64,000 nucleotides of DNA from Nitrospirota bacterium (GTDB lineage Bacteria > Nitrospirota > Thermodesulfovibrionia > SZUA-242), in NCBI GenBank assembly GCA_027021335.1, contig JALUUO010000088.1:37916-101915 (forward strand). Direction: 5' to 3'. Of this stretch, positions 40,319-50,621 are shown piece after piece. A program made the position numbers and the translations under genes. The notes below the pieces were generated by a model, which was not told the DNA's origin, made no database searches, and was given only the letters and a program-made list of their open reading frames with translations. Positions within the stretch are counted from its first letter, which is position 1. Every line of letters starts with the position of its first letter.

Positions 40319-42001
40319 ATGAGCCGCAAGCTTAAAAACAAAATCCAGGCTATTCTCAAACGCGAGTCCGGCACAGTTTTCAAGGACCCGGGCGGACGAA
40401 TCAATATCGCCCTTGCATACCCAAACACCTACCGGGTCGGCATGTCTAACCTGGGTTTTCAAGGTATATACGGCTTTCTGAACTCGCATGACAATGTGGT
40501 TTGCGAACGTATTTTTCTGCCTGACAATAGTGATTTTGAAGAATACCGACGCGCTTCATCTCCGATTATAAGCATGGAGTCGCAACGGCCGCTTAACGAT
40601 TTTCATGTAGTCGCCTTTTCGGTTTCATATGAAAACGATTATCCCAATATCATTCGAATCCTTGACCTGGCCGGAGTTCCAAGACGAGCCACCAACCGGA
40701 CGGAACATCACCCGCTGCTGATTCTGGGGGGGATATGCACAGCTTACAATCCCGAGCCAGTGGCGGACTTCTTCGATGTTATCTTTATAGGTGAAGCAGA
40801 AAAAAGCCTTTCACTCTTCCTGGCATCCCTTGACTCAGCCGGGCTGCAACGGCGTTTACTGCTTTCCGAACTATCCGCTATAGAAGGGATATACGTGCCC
40901 TCACTCTACCAAGATATTTACGAAACCCATAACGATAAAGGCAACAACGCATTTCTTTATAAAACACCGATTAAAGAAGCACCCAGGCTGATAAAGAAAG
41001 GCTCGCCCGCAGACCTTGACAAAAGCCGGCTTGTAAGCATTATAAGCACAAAAGATGCTGAGTTTTCACAGATGTGTCTTATCGAGGCAATGCGGGGCTG
41101 TCCCTGGTCATGCAGGTTTTGCGTTGCATCGCACGTCTACCGGCCGGTCAGGTTCCGCAACAGAAAGGTTTTAAATGATATGATACAGGAGGCTTCCAAG
41201 CGGTTTCCAAAAATCGGACTTGTGGGGCCCTCCATGTCAGACTACCAGGGGATCGATGATTTAATACGCTTCGGCACAGTGAACTTTTCGATCTCATCCC
41301 TTCGTGCCTGGGGCAGAAGCAGAAAACTGATAAAAATCTTGGGCGATAAAGGCCAAAAAAGTCTTTCAATTGCGCCGGAAGCCGGATCAGAACGCATGCG
41401 CAGTGTCATTAAAAAGCATCTTACAGAAAAAGATATACTTGAAACCGCAGATCTGGTCCTTGCATATGGAGTATACCAGCTCCGCCTGTATTTCATGATA
41501 GGACTTCCGACCGAAACCGAATATGACGTTGATGCAATTGCAAAGCTTACCGTAAAAATCAGAAATATTCGAAAGGGAGGAACCGTTGTTTTATCCATAA
41601 GCTGTTTTGTCCCTAAACCCTTTACGCCATTTCAGTGGTTGGCCATGGATGAAGAGAAAAAACTTAAGAAAAAGCTGGCGCGCATCAAAAAACTGCTTAA
41701 AGGCGTATCCGGGGTTACAATTGTGCATGATCCGCCCAGAACTTCCTGTCTTGAGGCGTTTCTTTCAAAAGGTGACCGCAGGGTTTCAAAAGCCGTAGAA
41801 GCAATAGCCGAAAGTAAAGGGAAAAGCGGCGACTGGCGAAAAGCATCAATGCAGGCCGGAATCAACCCGGATATTTACGCCCACAGGAGAAGATCGTTTC
41901 AAGAGCATCTGCCGTGGGATTTTATAGACTCCGGAATCGACAAAACAGCCCTTGAACAGGAGTGCAGGAAAGCTCTTGGCCAAGATGTATTTTCTCGCTG
42001 A
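40319..42001 (+). CDS. B12-binding-domain radical SAM protein
   Basis: N-terminal B12-binding-like region (NIALAYPNTYRVGMSNLGFQ) and a radical-SAM CxxxCxxC motif (CPWSCRFC). Confidence 0.8.
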   Translation: MSRKLKNKIQAILKRESGTVFKDPGGRINIALAYPNTYRVGMSNLGFQGIYGFLNSHDNVVCERIFLPDNSDFEEYRRASSPIISMESQRPLNDFHVVAFSVSYENDYPNIIRILDLAGVPRRATNRTEHHPLLILGGICTAYNPEPVADFFDVIFIGEAEKSLSLFLASLDSAGLQRRLLLSELSAIEGIYVPSLYQDIYETHNDKGNNAFLYKTPIKEAPRLIKKGSPADLDKSRLVSIISTKDAEFSQMCLIEAMRGCPWSCRFCVASHVYRPVRFRNRKVLNDMIQEASKRFPKIGLVGPSMSDYQGIDDLIRFGTVNFSISSLRAWGRSRKLIKILGDKGQKSLSIAPEAGSERMRSVIKKHLTEKDILETADLVLAYGVYQLRLYFMIGLPTETEYDVDAIAKLTVKIRNIRKGGTVVLSISCFVPKPFTPFQWLAMDEEKKLKKKLARIKKLLKGVSGVTIVHDPPRTSCLEAFLSKGDRRVSKAVEAIAESKGKSGDWRKASMQAGINPDIYAHRRRSFQEHLPWDFIDSGIDKTALEQECRKALGQDVFSR

Positions 42002-42086
42002 AGCTACTCGTATGGCTCTGCTTGATTTTTTGTGTTATCTTTTATGTAAGAAGCCTAAAAGAAACAGGCAGGAGCGCTAGAATAAT

Positions 42087-42923
42087 ATGTGGGAGTATAC
42101 TAAAAAAGTAAAAGATTTTTTCCTGCATCCTAAAAATGTGGGAGAAGTGGAGAATCCGGATGCCGTCGGCGAAGTCGGAAGCATGGTCTGCGGTGACGCC
42201 TTAAAACTCACTCTCAAAGTGGATAAGGCCACAGACAGAATTATCGACGCAAAGTTCCAGACTTTTGGATGCGCCTCAGCCATTGCAAGCTCGACAGCCC
42301 TGACCGAGTTAATAAAAGACAGAACCATAGACGAAGCACTCAAGGTAACAAACCAGGATATTGCCGAATACCTTGGCGGGTTGCCAAAAGAAAAGATGCA
42401 CTGCTCCGTAATGGGAATGGAGGCATTGGAGGCAGCAATAGCCGATTACAGGGGGGAAGATAAAAAATCCGTTGAGAAAAAAGAAGGTCTTGTCTGCGAG
42501 TGCTTCGATGTTTATGAAGATACTATAAGAAGGGTGGCGGCCGAAAACCACCTCACAACCGCAGAAGAGGTCACCTATTACACAAAAGCAGGAGGCGGCT
42601 GCGGCTCTTGTATCCCCAAAATAGAGGAAATTCTCAAAGATATGTGGTTTCCGGCAGAAAAACCAAAACCGCCCATCAAGCCCAAAAAACTCACCAATCT
42701 CCAGAAAATAGCGCTTATCCAGGATGTAATAGAAAAGGAAATACGTCCACGCCTTCAGGCTGACGGTGGAGATCTTGAGCTTATCGACATAGACGGCAAT
42801 AAGGTAATAATAGCGCTTAGAGCTATGTGCACAGATTGCAAGATGGCCGCCGTCACACTAAAAGATATCGAGCAAAAGCTGAGAACACTTGTAGTTCCGG
42901 ATATTGTAGTGGAGGCTGAATGA
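42087..42923 (+). CDS. nifU: Three-domain Fe-S cluster assembly scaffold NifU
   Basis: IscU-like N-terminus (HPKNVGEV...GDALKL...FGCASAIASS), a central Cys-rich ferredoxin-like segment, and a C-terminal NifU domain (GGDLELIDIDGNKVIIALRAMCTDC). Confidence 0.88.
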   Translation: MWEYTKKVKDFFLHPKNVGEVENPDAVGEVGSMVCGDALKLTLKVDKATDRIIDAKFQTFGCASAIASSTALTELIKDRTIDEALKVTNQDIAEYLGGLPKEKMHCSVMGMEALEAAIADYRGEDKKSVEKKEGLVCECFDVYEDTIRRVAAENHLTTAEEVTYYTKAGGGCGSCIPKIEEILKDMWFPAEKPKPPIKPKKLTNLQKIALIQDVIEKEIRPRLQADGGDLELIDIDGNKVIIALRAMCTDCKMAAVTLKDIEQKLRTLVVPDIVVEAE

Positions 42924-44080
42924 AAGAAAAACCTGTATATCTAGACAATAACGCAACAACCGCCATAGCGCCGGAAGTTCTGGATGAAATGCTCCCCTAC
43001 CTAAAGGAGTTCTATGGAAACCCATCCAGTATGCATACCTTTGGAGGGCAGCTTCACAAAAAACTGGAGGAAGCCAGAGAACGGGTCGCTGCTCTGATAG
43101 GAGCGGAACCTGGTGAGATAATCTTCACCAGCTGCGGCACAGAAAGCGACAACACAGCAATAATGAGTGCTGTTGATTCCAGGCGGGATAAAAGACATAT
43201 TGTCACCTCGTCGGTTGAACATCCAGCCGTCCTGAATTTCTCTAAACACCTGGCGAGAAAGGGGTATCGTGTCACCTTTTTACCTGTAAACAATCTTGGA
43301 CAACTCGACATGGATGCCTTCTTCAAAGCAATTGATGATGACGTCGCCGTAGTATCTATCATGTACGCCAATAATGAAACAGGGGTATTGTTTCCTATCG
43401 CTGAACTCGGCGCCGCACTTAGAGACCGGGGAATTATTTTTCATACGGACGCTGTTCAGGCCATAGGTAAACTTCCGATAAATGTAAAGGAATTGCCGGT
43501 GGATATGCTTGCCATATCAGGACATAAGCTTCACGCGCCTAAAGGCGTAGGCGCTCTTTACGTAAGAAAAGGCACAAGATTTGTTCCTTACATCTTCGGC
43601 GGACATCAGGAACACGGCAGACGTGCCGGCACGGAAAATATGGCGTCTATAATAGGGCTGGGCAAAACATGCGAGATTGCAAAAACTCATATAGACGAAG
43701 AGGCAACACGTGTGCAGGCAATGAGGGATAGGCTGGAAAAAGCACTTCTTGAGAAATGTCCGCAAGCAAGAGTAAACGGTGACACAAAAAACCGCCTGCC
43801 AAACACAACAAATATCAGCTTTGAGTTTGTCGAAGGCGAGGCAATACTTCTTAGGCTTGATGAGCACGGAATCTGTGCTTCCTCTGGTTCCGCATGCTCG
43901 TCTGGCTCGCTGGAACCAAGCCATGTGCTAAGAGCTATGGGCGTACCGTTTACCGCTATCCACGGCTCCATACGTTTCTCGATAAGCCGCTATAACACCA
44001 ATGAAGATATTGATAAAGTTATAGAAAAACTGCCGCCGATAATAAAAGAACTAAGAATATTGTCACCTTATGGACGATAA
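42920..44080 (+). CDS. nifS: Cysteine desulfurase NifS/IscS
   Basis: PLP-binding Lys region (SGHKLHAPKGVGALYV) and an active-site Cys loop (SSGSACSS). An ATGA overlap couples it to nifU. Confidence 0.92.
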   Translation: MKEKPVYLDNNATTAIAPEVLDEMLPYLKEFYGNPSSMHTFGGQLHKKLEEARERVAALIGAEPGEIIFTSCGTESDNTAIMSAVDSRRDKRHIVTSSVEHPAVLNFSKHLARKGYRVTFLPVNNLGQLDMDAFFKAIDDDVAVVSIMYANNETGVLFPIAELGAALRDRGIIFHTDAVQAIGKLPINVKELPVDMLAISGHKLHAPKGVGALYVRKGTRFVPYIFGGHQEHGRRAGTENMASIIGLGKTCEIAKTHIDEEATRVQAMRDRLEKALLEKCPQARVNGDTKNRLPNTTNISFEFVEGEAILLRLDEHGICASSGSACSSGSLEPSHVLRAMGVPFTAIHGSIRFSISRYNTNEDIDKVIEKLPPIIKELRILSPYGR

Positions 44081-44088
44081 ATATACTG

Positions 44089-45081
44089 TCACTCGGCCTT
44101 ATCAGCACCAGAATCAGGGTCAACAACCTCCAGCAGATTATCCTTCCTGGCGGAAATCAAGTCTTCTATCGTATATCCGGACACACGCACGTAAAAAGGT
44201 GACTCGGAAGACTTTACAACATAGGAGTTCTTCTCCTCGTCCTTGGCTCCGGCCTTAAGAGTTATATCCGAGCCGTCCGAGGTTTTTATGACGATAGAGA
44301 CAGACGGCTTCTCCATAGCGTAGGATTTCTGCTCCTGCCTGCCAAGGGGTTCCATCATGCGAATGGAAAGGGCTTTTCCAAGCAGTGTTTTCCAGGAAGA
44401 CTGATTTATTTTTTCATCATCTTTAAGACTATTTAAAGTCCAGGAGCCGTCTCCACTTTTTTCGAACTCCAGTCTGCCGTGGCTGTTTTCAATTGTAATG
44501 GCCGACACATTGTCCGCCTGCAGATCAAGATACTTGTGGTTCATCCATGTGGCAACCTCCGCCCCTACCTCCCAGGCGGCAATATCTTTTGTAAGGTAGA
44601 CCTCGTTTTGAATGCCGTTACGGATATGGACTTTTCTGTAGGCCGGTGAGGAACCGAGATAAAGCCTCTTAGGCTCGTCACCCGATACATACCGCATCTC
44701 TACCATGCGATTGTATTCATCCTCGGCAACCTTCAACCTCCGGTGGCTGGACTTTGTTTTTGCAACAAGAATTTTAGTGTTAAGAGAGGCAATCTTATCA
44801 AGCAGGCCATTGACCCTATCGTTATCAGCCGGGTAATTATCCTTGGAGGGAATCGTCCAGGATTCTCCGTTTTTTATCAACTCTAAACTCTTGCCGCCCT
44901 TAGATACAGGTTCGCTAAAAAGGGTCAGGCTGGTAATTCTGCCCTTCTCCAGATCTGCAAACAAAGGCTTTGGCTCTCCAGCGCTTGCTTGGGGTTTTGG
45001 CCAGTATACATAGACGACAAGGGCTGCTTGAAATAAAAGTATAGCCGCAAGAATTCTATTCAGTTTACTCATAACATTCAT
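44089..45081 (-). CDS. DUF4340-like protein. It is the last gene of the GldFG-like ABC operon.
   Basis: N-terminal membrane anchor followed by a beta-rich extracytoplasmic domain. It resembles the DUF4340 proteins that co-occur with GldG-like transporters. Confidence 0.55.
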   Translation of the reverse strand: MNVMSKLNRILAAILLFQAALVVYVYWPKPQASAGEPKPLFADLEKGRITSLTLFSEPVSKGGKSLELIKNGESWTIPSKDNYPADNDRVNGLLDKIASLNTKILVAKTKSSHRRLKVAEDEYNRMVEMRYVSGDEPKRLYLGSSPAYRKVHIRNGIQNEVYLTKDIAAWEVGAEVATWMNHKYLDLQADNVSAITIENSHGRLEFEKSGDGSWTLNSLKDDEKINQSSWKTLLGKALSIRMMEPLGRQEQKSYAMEKPSVSIVIKTSDGSDITLKAGAKDEEKNSYVVKSSESPFYVRVSGYTIEDLISARKDNLLEVVDPDSGADKAE

Positions 45082-45093
45082 ACCTCCCGCGGT

Positions 45094-47991
45094 TTAATTA
45101 ATTTTAATCAGCTGCAGAGGTTTTTCCCGCCGCCGCCGGAAAGCTCCTATAAAGCTCACCACAATTAGTGCCGTAATGGCCACAGCATAATTTACGGCTT
45201 CCAGGGTGGTCTGGTACTCCCTGCTGGTAGGCTCTAACAAACGCGCGTGGGATTCCCGTGAGCGAATTCTTAACAGGTCTTCATCTTCAACAGACCAGTC
45301 TACAGTGTTTTGTAAAAACTGAAGGCTGTTAAGAAAACGGTCCTGACCTGTACTGCGGGATATACCCAAAATAGCATCGTTTATAAACTCGCCGCTTCCG
45401 ATCACAACAAGCCTCGAAGACTCGGGCGAGCGCCCTATGGTGGCAAGCAGAGCATCAGACTGTTTGTTGGTAGATTCCACATCGGAGTTTTCGCCGGTTT
45501 TTTCGGTGTCTGACGAACCGGTAGGAACTTCTTTATCTTTGAAGTAAGAGTCAAAACTACCTGTAATGGCGATGGCAAGAGCCCGTGCTTTTGTTTCTCC
45601 CGTCACCTTAAACCCTGACCCTGGAGAACTGCTGAAATCCGGCTGTATATTAATGCTCCCCTCCTGGATCCAAGAGTCCGGGCTCGAACGAAGAAGCACA
45701 AATACATCGCTATCACGGTTTTTCTCTTCATCCACCTTTATGGGCGATACCCAGTTCATGGTTACAGCCGGCAAACTGGAAACAACCGGGTGCTCAGCAG
45801 CCATTCCATCGCCCCGCACATCCACGAAAAACGGATAATTCACCTGTCTGACTTCACGCACCTGGAAAGCGCCTATACGGCGGATAACCGGTACTGGAAA
45901 AGGCTCATTCCGCTTATCCAGAACCAGGGCCTTCTGAATATCAACGCCGTAGTTAAGCAGCATATCTTCAATACCATCCTTAACCGGTTCAACAGAAAGT
46001 CCACCGCCCCTGAACGACTGGGGGGCAAGCCGGTACCTGCCGGCCGCGACAACAACAGCACCGCCGCGCATAAGATACTGATCCACAGCGTAGCGCTCGC
46101 GGTCCGTCATGCCTTGAGGCGCAAGCAGCACCAAGACGTCAATATCCCCAGGCACTCTTCCGGAAGTCAGGTCCAGATTCTTTAGGTTGTAATTCTGCCT
46201 TAGTTGTTGTTTAAAAAACTCATAGTTTGAAACCTCCTGCTGTCTTCCAAAACGAGGATCCTGCGCCGGTTGCGGCGGAGTCCAAAGACCAACGGTCTTC
46301 AGAAACCCTGATGCACCACGCTTAAGCGCAGCTTCTATTTCGTCACGCAAATCGGCCTCAGACATGCCCGCAGCAGGATAGATCCTCTGCATATCATCCC
46401 CAACCTGAAGCAACAGGTGCAGATAAAAAGTTTTGTTCGAAAACAGGGAAAACGCCATGGGCTGAAATCCATAACGCTCCGCAATGGCCCTGCGGTCCAT
46501 ACGGCTTCCCTCGGCATCCGGGTTAATCTGCTCGAATACGAATTTTCCTCCGGACTCTTTAATGAATTGACCCGCAACCTTTTCTATAGCGCTTGGCAGA
46601 CCGGAAAGCTCCTCAGGAAGGGTATCAGGAGTAATAAAGGCTGTGAGTTTTATTTCTTTGTCTATGTTTGCGAAGATCGAATCCACGCTTTGAAAACCGT
46701 ATACAACTTTTTTAATCGACCGCGTAAGATCGTATTCAAGATTTCTAAGTTTTACCTCCGGAGTACCGCCCCTCTGCAACTTAATATCTATAAGATCCCG
46801 GAATCCTAAGGTCACATGCTGATCACCGTACTTTATAAGAATATCGAAATACGAATTCACCACCGAGGCCTCGTAACGGCCTGAAACACGAAACGGCACC
46901 GGTTTTATTCCATAGTTTTGGTTCGCCTCGGCCTCGAGCTCCTCATCTTCTCTAGGATCAACGAACTCCACTTTAATCATACCGCCTGAGGCGACCCCGT
47001 ATTCCTTTATAAGATCACGTATGCCCGGCACCAGAGGAGCAAGAAGTGGATGTGTTTTGTCACTGAAGTAGCCACGAATCAAAAGCGGCTCAGTAAGGTT
47101 CGAAACAAGATCCCGTGTAGTTGGTGAGACACTGTACTGCCGGTTTTCAGTCAGATCAAGACGAAGCCCGTGCGCCGGAAAAATCCAGATGTTCACTGCA
47201 AGCAGATTAAAGCCGGAAAGTATCAGGGCCAGCATAGCTCCGCGCCTATAAGGCGCTGTAGCCTGGCCTGTGCTCCAGCGTTTTTTATCAAGAAACACAA
47301 CATTCATAGCCAGAAAAAAAGCTGTTATGGAAACATAATAGACAATATCCCTTAGATCGATTACACCGCGTTCAATGCTTTCAAACCGGCTTCCGGTACC
47401 CATGGCCCGAAGAATCTCGCCCGGCCTGTTGCCTGCCAGTCCGGCTATTTCTCTGGACCCGATAAGGTAGAAAATTCCACATAAAATAACGGTTGAGATA
47501 AGGGCTATGATTTGGTTGTCGGTTCTGGAAGACACGAAAAGTCCGATCGAAACATAAGCCGAAGCCAACAGTACGGCGCCAAGATATCCACCAAATACCG
47601 GACCCCAGTCCAGATTTCCAAGAAGCGAGGCTGTCACCGGCAAACCCATGGTCAGCAGTAATGCCACAACCACAAGACCTAGAACCGCCAAGTATTTTCC
47701 AAGCACCAAGTGGCTTATCCTTACAGGCAGAGTCAGAAGAACCTCGAGTGTCCCCATCTTCTGTTCTTCGCTCCACTGGCGCATGGTAAGGGCCGCAACC
47801 AGAAAAATAAGCAGAGTCGGCATCCAGCGAAACAGTGGACGCACATCCGCGATGTTTCTGGCAAAAAAGGTTTCAACCCAGAAGAAGCTAAACAAAGTGG
47901 CCATAAGAAAGGCGCCCAGAAAAATAGCCGCCATGGGCGAGCCGAAGTAGGAGTTAAATTCCTTTCGTGCAACCGCAAGCATCCTGCTCAT
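45094..47991 (-). CDS. Fusion of an ABC-2 permease (GldF-like) to a GldG-like auxiliary domain, with a C-terminal transmembrane anchor
   Basis: N-terminal six-transmembrane ABC-2 permease region. This is followed by a large GldG / ABC-type uncharacterized transport system domain. A transmembrane segment sits at the C-terminus. Confidence 0.75.
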   Translation of the reverse strand: MSRMLAVARKEFNSYFGSPMAAIFLGAFLMATLFSFFWVETFFARNIADVRPLFRWMPTLLIFLVAALTMRQWSEEQKMGTLEVLLTLPVRISHLVLGKYLAVLGLVVVALLLTMGLPVTASLLGNLDWGPVFGGYLGAVLLASAYVSIGLFVSSRTDNQIIALISTVILCGIFYLIGSREIAGLAGNRPGEILRAMGTGSRFESIERGVIDLRDIVYYVSITAFFLAMNVVFLDKKRWSTGQATAPYRRGAMLALILSGFNLLAVNIWIFPAHGLRLDLTENRQYSVSPTTRDLVSNLTEPLLIRGYFSDKTHPLLAPLVPGIRDLIKEYGVASGGMIKVEFVDPREDEELEAEANQNYGIKPVPFRVSGRYEASVVNSYFDILIKYGDQHVTLGFRDLIDIKLQRGGTPEVKLRNLEYDLTRSIKKVVYGFQSVDSIFANIDKEIKLTAFITPDTLPEELSGLPSAIEKVAGQFIKESGGKFVFEQINPDAEGSRMDRRAIAERYGFQPMAFSLFSNKTFYLHLLLQVGDDMQRIYPAAGMSEADLRDEIEAALKRGASGFLKTVGLWTPPQPAQDPRFGRQQEVSNYEFFKQQLRQNYNLKNLDLTSGRVPGDIDVLVLLAPQGMTDRERYAVDQYLMRGGAVVVAAGRYRLAPQSFRGGGLSVEPVKDGIEDMLLNYGVDIQKALVLDKRNEPFPVPVIRRIGAFQVREVRQVNYPFFVDVRGDGMAAEHPVVSSLPAVTMNWVSPIKVDEEKNRDSDVFVLLRSSPDSWIQEGSINIQPDFSSSPGSGFKVTGETKARALAIAITGSFDSYFKDKEVPTGSSDTEKTGENSDVESTNKQSDALLATIGRSPESSRLVVIGSGEFINDAILGISRSTGQDRFLNSLQFLQNTVDWSVEDEDLLRIRSRESHARLLEPTSREYQTTLEAVNYAVAITALIVVSFIGAFRRRREKPLQLIKIN

Positions 47992-48929
47992 ACCGTAACA
48001 CCTCCCTCCTGCACGGCAAGTTCGTTGAATACCGATTCCAACGTTCTGACCTCGTTCTTTAACTCGGTAAGCCGCCAGCCGCTCCGGCAGGCAAGGTTAT
48101 AAACTTCAGGGCACATATCACCGGTACCTGCCCCACCCTTAAGCCGGTAAGAACTAAGCCCATCCTCCGTAGAAGCCAGGGATTCAACACTCTCAACGCC
48201 TGGAATTTCTTTAAGCGAGGAAACAACATTACCCGGAGCATCCGAAATGGTTACAACGGCTCCTGCTTTTGTCGAAAGCTCGGATAAGCGGGCATACGCC
48301 TTGATTCTGCCGTTCATAATTATGATCACCCGGTCACACGTGGCTTCCACCTCGGAAAGTATATGCGTGGATAGAAGCACGGTGCTTTTACCGGCAAGAC
48401 GCCGGATGAGACGGCGCACCTCCATGATTTGGGTGGGATCAAGTCCGCTTGTGGGCTCGTCAAGAATCAACAGCCCGGGCTTATGCAAAATGGCCTGGGC
48501 AAGGCCGACCCTCTGACGGTATCCCTTGCTCAACTGGCCTATGGGTCTGGTCAAGCGGTCGACAAGACCTGTGGCGTAAACAGCCTCTGAAATACACTCC
48601 AGCCGTCTGGCTCCATTTATGCCACGCAAATCCGCTATAAGCTGTAAATAAGACTGTACGGTAAGCTCAGGATACAAGGGGGCGTTCTCCGGGAGGTAAC
48701 CAATCTTTTGTTGAACTTCCATCGGAGATTCAAGCACATCCAGTCCATCTATTACCGCTGTTCCGGAATCCGGCTGCAGGTATCCTGTCAGGACTTTCAT
48801 AAGTGTGGTTTTTCCGGCTCCATTGGGTCCGAGAAGTCCGATAACCTCTCCGGTTCCAACGCTGAATGTCACGTCGGAGAGGGCCTTAACCGAGCCATAG
48901 GCCTTAGTAAGATTTCGCACATTAATCAT
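47988..48929 (-). CDS. ABC transporter ATP-binding protein (ABC-2/GldA-like)
   Basis: Walker A (GPNGAGKTT), ABC signature (LSKGYRQRVGLA) and Walker B (LLILDEPTSGLD). An overlap couples it to the permease gene. Confidence 0.9.
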   Translation of the reverse strand: MINVRNLTKAYGSVKALSDVTFSVGTGEVIGLLGPNGAGKTTLMKVLTGYLQPDSGTAVIDGLDVLESPMEVQQKIGYLPENAPLYPELTVQSYLQLIADLRGINGARRLECISEAVYATGLVDRLTRPIGQLSKGYRQRVGLAQAILHKPGLLILDEPTSGLDPTQIMEVRRLIRRLAGKSTVLLSTHILSEVEATCDRVIIIMNGRIKAYARLSELSTKAGAVVTISDAPGNVVSSLKEIPGVESVESLASTEDGLSSYRLKGGAGTGDMCPEVYNLACRSGWRLTELKNEVRTLESVFNELAVQEGGVTV

Positions 48930-49118
48930 AATCTTGCACCTCTTACCAACGGAATGAATGAATTATATTGACTAAAATTATCATAATTTACTTTTTTTGA
49001 TTTTATTTGTCAAGAATACATTATCAAAATCAAATTAAACCGGCTTGTCGTCTGTCGTAAACCGGTCAACCCGGGGATTTAAGAAAGCAGAAGCCGGGTA
49101 AAAATTGCACTAGGCAGG

Positions 49119-49148
49119 TAAACTCGCCCAAAGCTTCTGCCGACATAA
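49119..49148 (+). promoter_or_regulatory. Candidate sigma28 (FliA)-type promoter upstream of motA
   Basis: TAAA-N16-GCCGAcaTAA ends about 18 nt before the motA ATG. The consensus is TAAA-N15-GCCGATAA. The match is imperfect. Confidence 0.3.
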
Positions 49149-49166
49149 GGATATAGAGCGTTTATC

Positions 49167-49952
49167 ATGTCTACCATTATCGGTATTACAGCAGGCATGG
49201 CCCTTTTATTTGCGGCTATAGTACAGCAGGGTGGTTTCTCTGTGTTTTTCAATATCCACGCCTTGATGATCGCATTAGGTGGAACCTTTGCCGCTACATT
49301 CATCAGCTTTCCATTACCCCAAGTGATGCGCACCTTCGGCATTCTCTTTAATGTATTTCGTTCTGATGTTGAAAGTCCCCTTGATTATATCCGTCAGATT
49401 ATCGGCCTTTCCATCAAGGCCCGGCGTAACTCGGTTCTCAGCCTTGAAGAAAACGCCAAACTTGCCAAGCATAGATTTCTCAGGGTTGGGCTTGAAATGG
49501 TGATTGACGGACATGAGCCGGAAACAATTCGAGAAGTGCTTGAAACAGAGATAGAGTTCATGATGGACCGGCACTCTGCAGGCGCAAAAATCTTCCGTAC
49601 AGCGGGCCGTTACGCCCCAGCCTTCGGGTTGATAGGCACGTTAATAGGTCTTATAGCCATGCTTCGCGCAGTAGCCGCCGGAGGCAATAATGTAAAGGCG
49701 ATCGGCTCAGGCATGGCTGTGGCTCTGGTTACCACCTTTTACGGGGCACTTCTTGCCAACCTTTTTTTCTATCCGGTAGCTGAAAAACTGCGCTCAAGAA
49801 CCAGTGAGGAGATACTTCTTGGCAGAGTAATTCTGGATGGTGTCTTGCTGCTGCAACAGGGCACAAATCCAAGAGTTATAGAGAAAAAGCTGAATGCGCA
49901 TCTGCCGCCCTACATGCGCCGGCAGTATGATTTTCAGGGGAAAATAGAATGA
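49167..49952 (+). CDS. motA: MotA/TolQ/ExbB-family proton-channel stator protein
   Basis: Four-transmembrane MotA-like topology with a conserved C-terminal region. It is coupled to a MotB-like gene. Confidence 0.8.
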   Translation: MSTIIGITAGMALLFAAIVQQGGFSVFFNIHALMIALGGTFAATFISFPLPQVMRTFGILFNVFRSDVESPLDYIRQIIGLSIKARRNSVLSLEENAKLAKHRFLRVGLEMVIDGHEPETIREVLETEIEFMMDRHSAGAKIFRTAGRYAPAFGLIGTLIGLIAMLRAVAAGGNNVKAIGSGMAVALVTTFYGALLANLFFYPVAEKLRSRTSEEILLGRVILDGVLLLQQGTNPRVIEKKLNAHLPPYMRRQYDFQGKIE

Positions 49953-50584
49953 TAAAAAAACTTTGGGAAAACAATCCCGACGACAGCGGCTGGCTGGTTA
50001 CCTACGGTGACATAATGACACTTCTACTGTCGTTTTTTGTTCTTCTGTTTGCTCTTTCTTCTATGGATGATTTTTTGTATAACGAGATTCTTATTTCCCT
50101 AAAAGAGTCTGTAGGATTCAGTGAAAGCAGGCTTACGGCTGATAGCAGGGTTATTCCAACAATCGAGCGCATTATAGAACTGCAAGGCTTGGCAAATAAC
50201 GTGGAAGTGCTGGCTGAGCGAAACGAAGTGAGAATTTTTGGGACTGACAGCGTCTTTTTCGAGGCCGGTTCAGCCGATATTCATCCTAACGCCGCCCTGT
50301 TTCTTAAGGCTGTAGCCGGTGTAATAAAACAACTTCATCATTCAGTCCAGGTGGAAGGACATACAGACGACCTGGATAGCAGCCAAGGCAAGTTTGCTTC
50401 CAACTGGGAGCTTTCCACAGCCAGGGCTGCCGCCGTAGTAGGTTTTCTTGAAAAGGAAGGAGTAGAACCAGACAGGTTGTCGGCTGTTGGTTTTGCCCAG
50501 TATAAACCACGGTATCCACCCACTCCGGAAAACAGAGTCAGAAACAGAAGGGTCGAAATTGTGCTTAAATCCCGGAAAATATAA
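49949..50584 (+). CDS. motB: MotB-like stator protein with an OmpA-like peptidoglycan-binding domain
   Basis: N-terminal transmembrane helix with a conserved Asp, and an OmpA-like C-terminal domain (VEGHTDD...N.ELS.ARA). Confidence 0.8.
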   Translation: MIKKLWENNPDDSGWLVTYGDIMTLLLSFFVLLFALSSMDDFLYNEILISLKESVGFSESRLTADSRVIPTIERIIELQGLANNVEVLAERNEVRIFGTDSVFFEAGSADIHPNAALFLKAVAGVIKQLHHSVQVEGHTDDLDSSQGKFASNWELSTARAAAVVGFLEKEGVEPDRLSAVGFAQYKPRYPPTPENRVRNRRVEIVLKSRKI

Positions 50585-50621
50585 CTATTGCCAAAATTAT
50601 TTTTTGAGCAAACAACTTACA

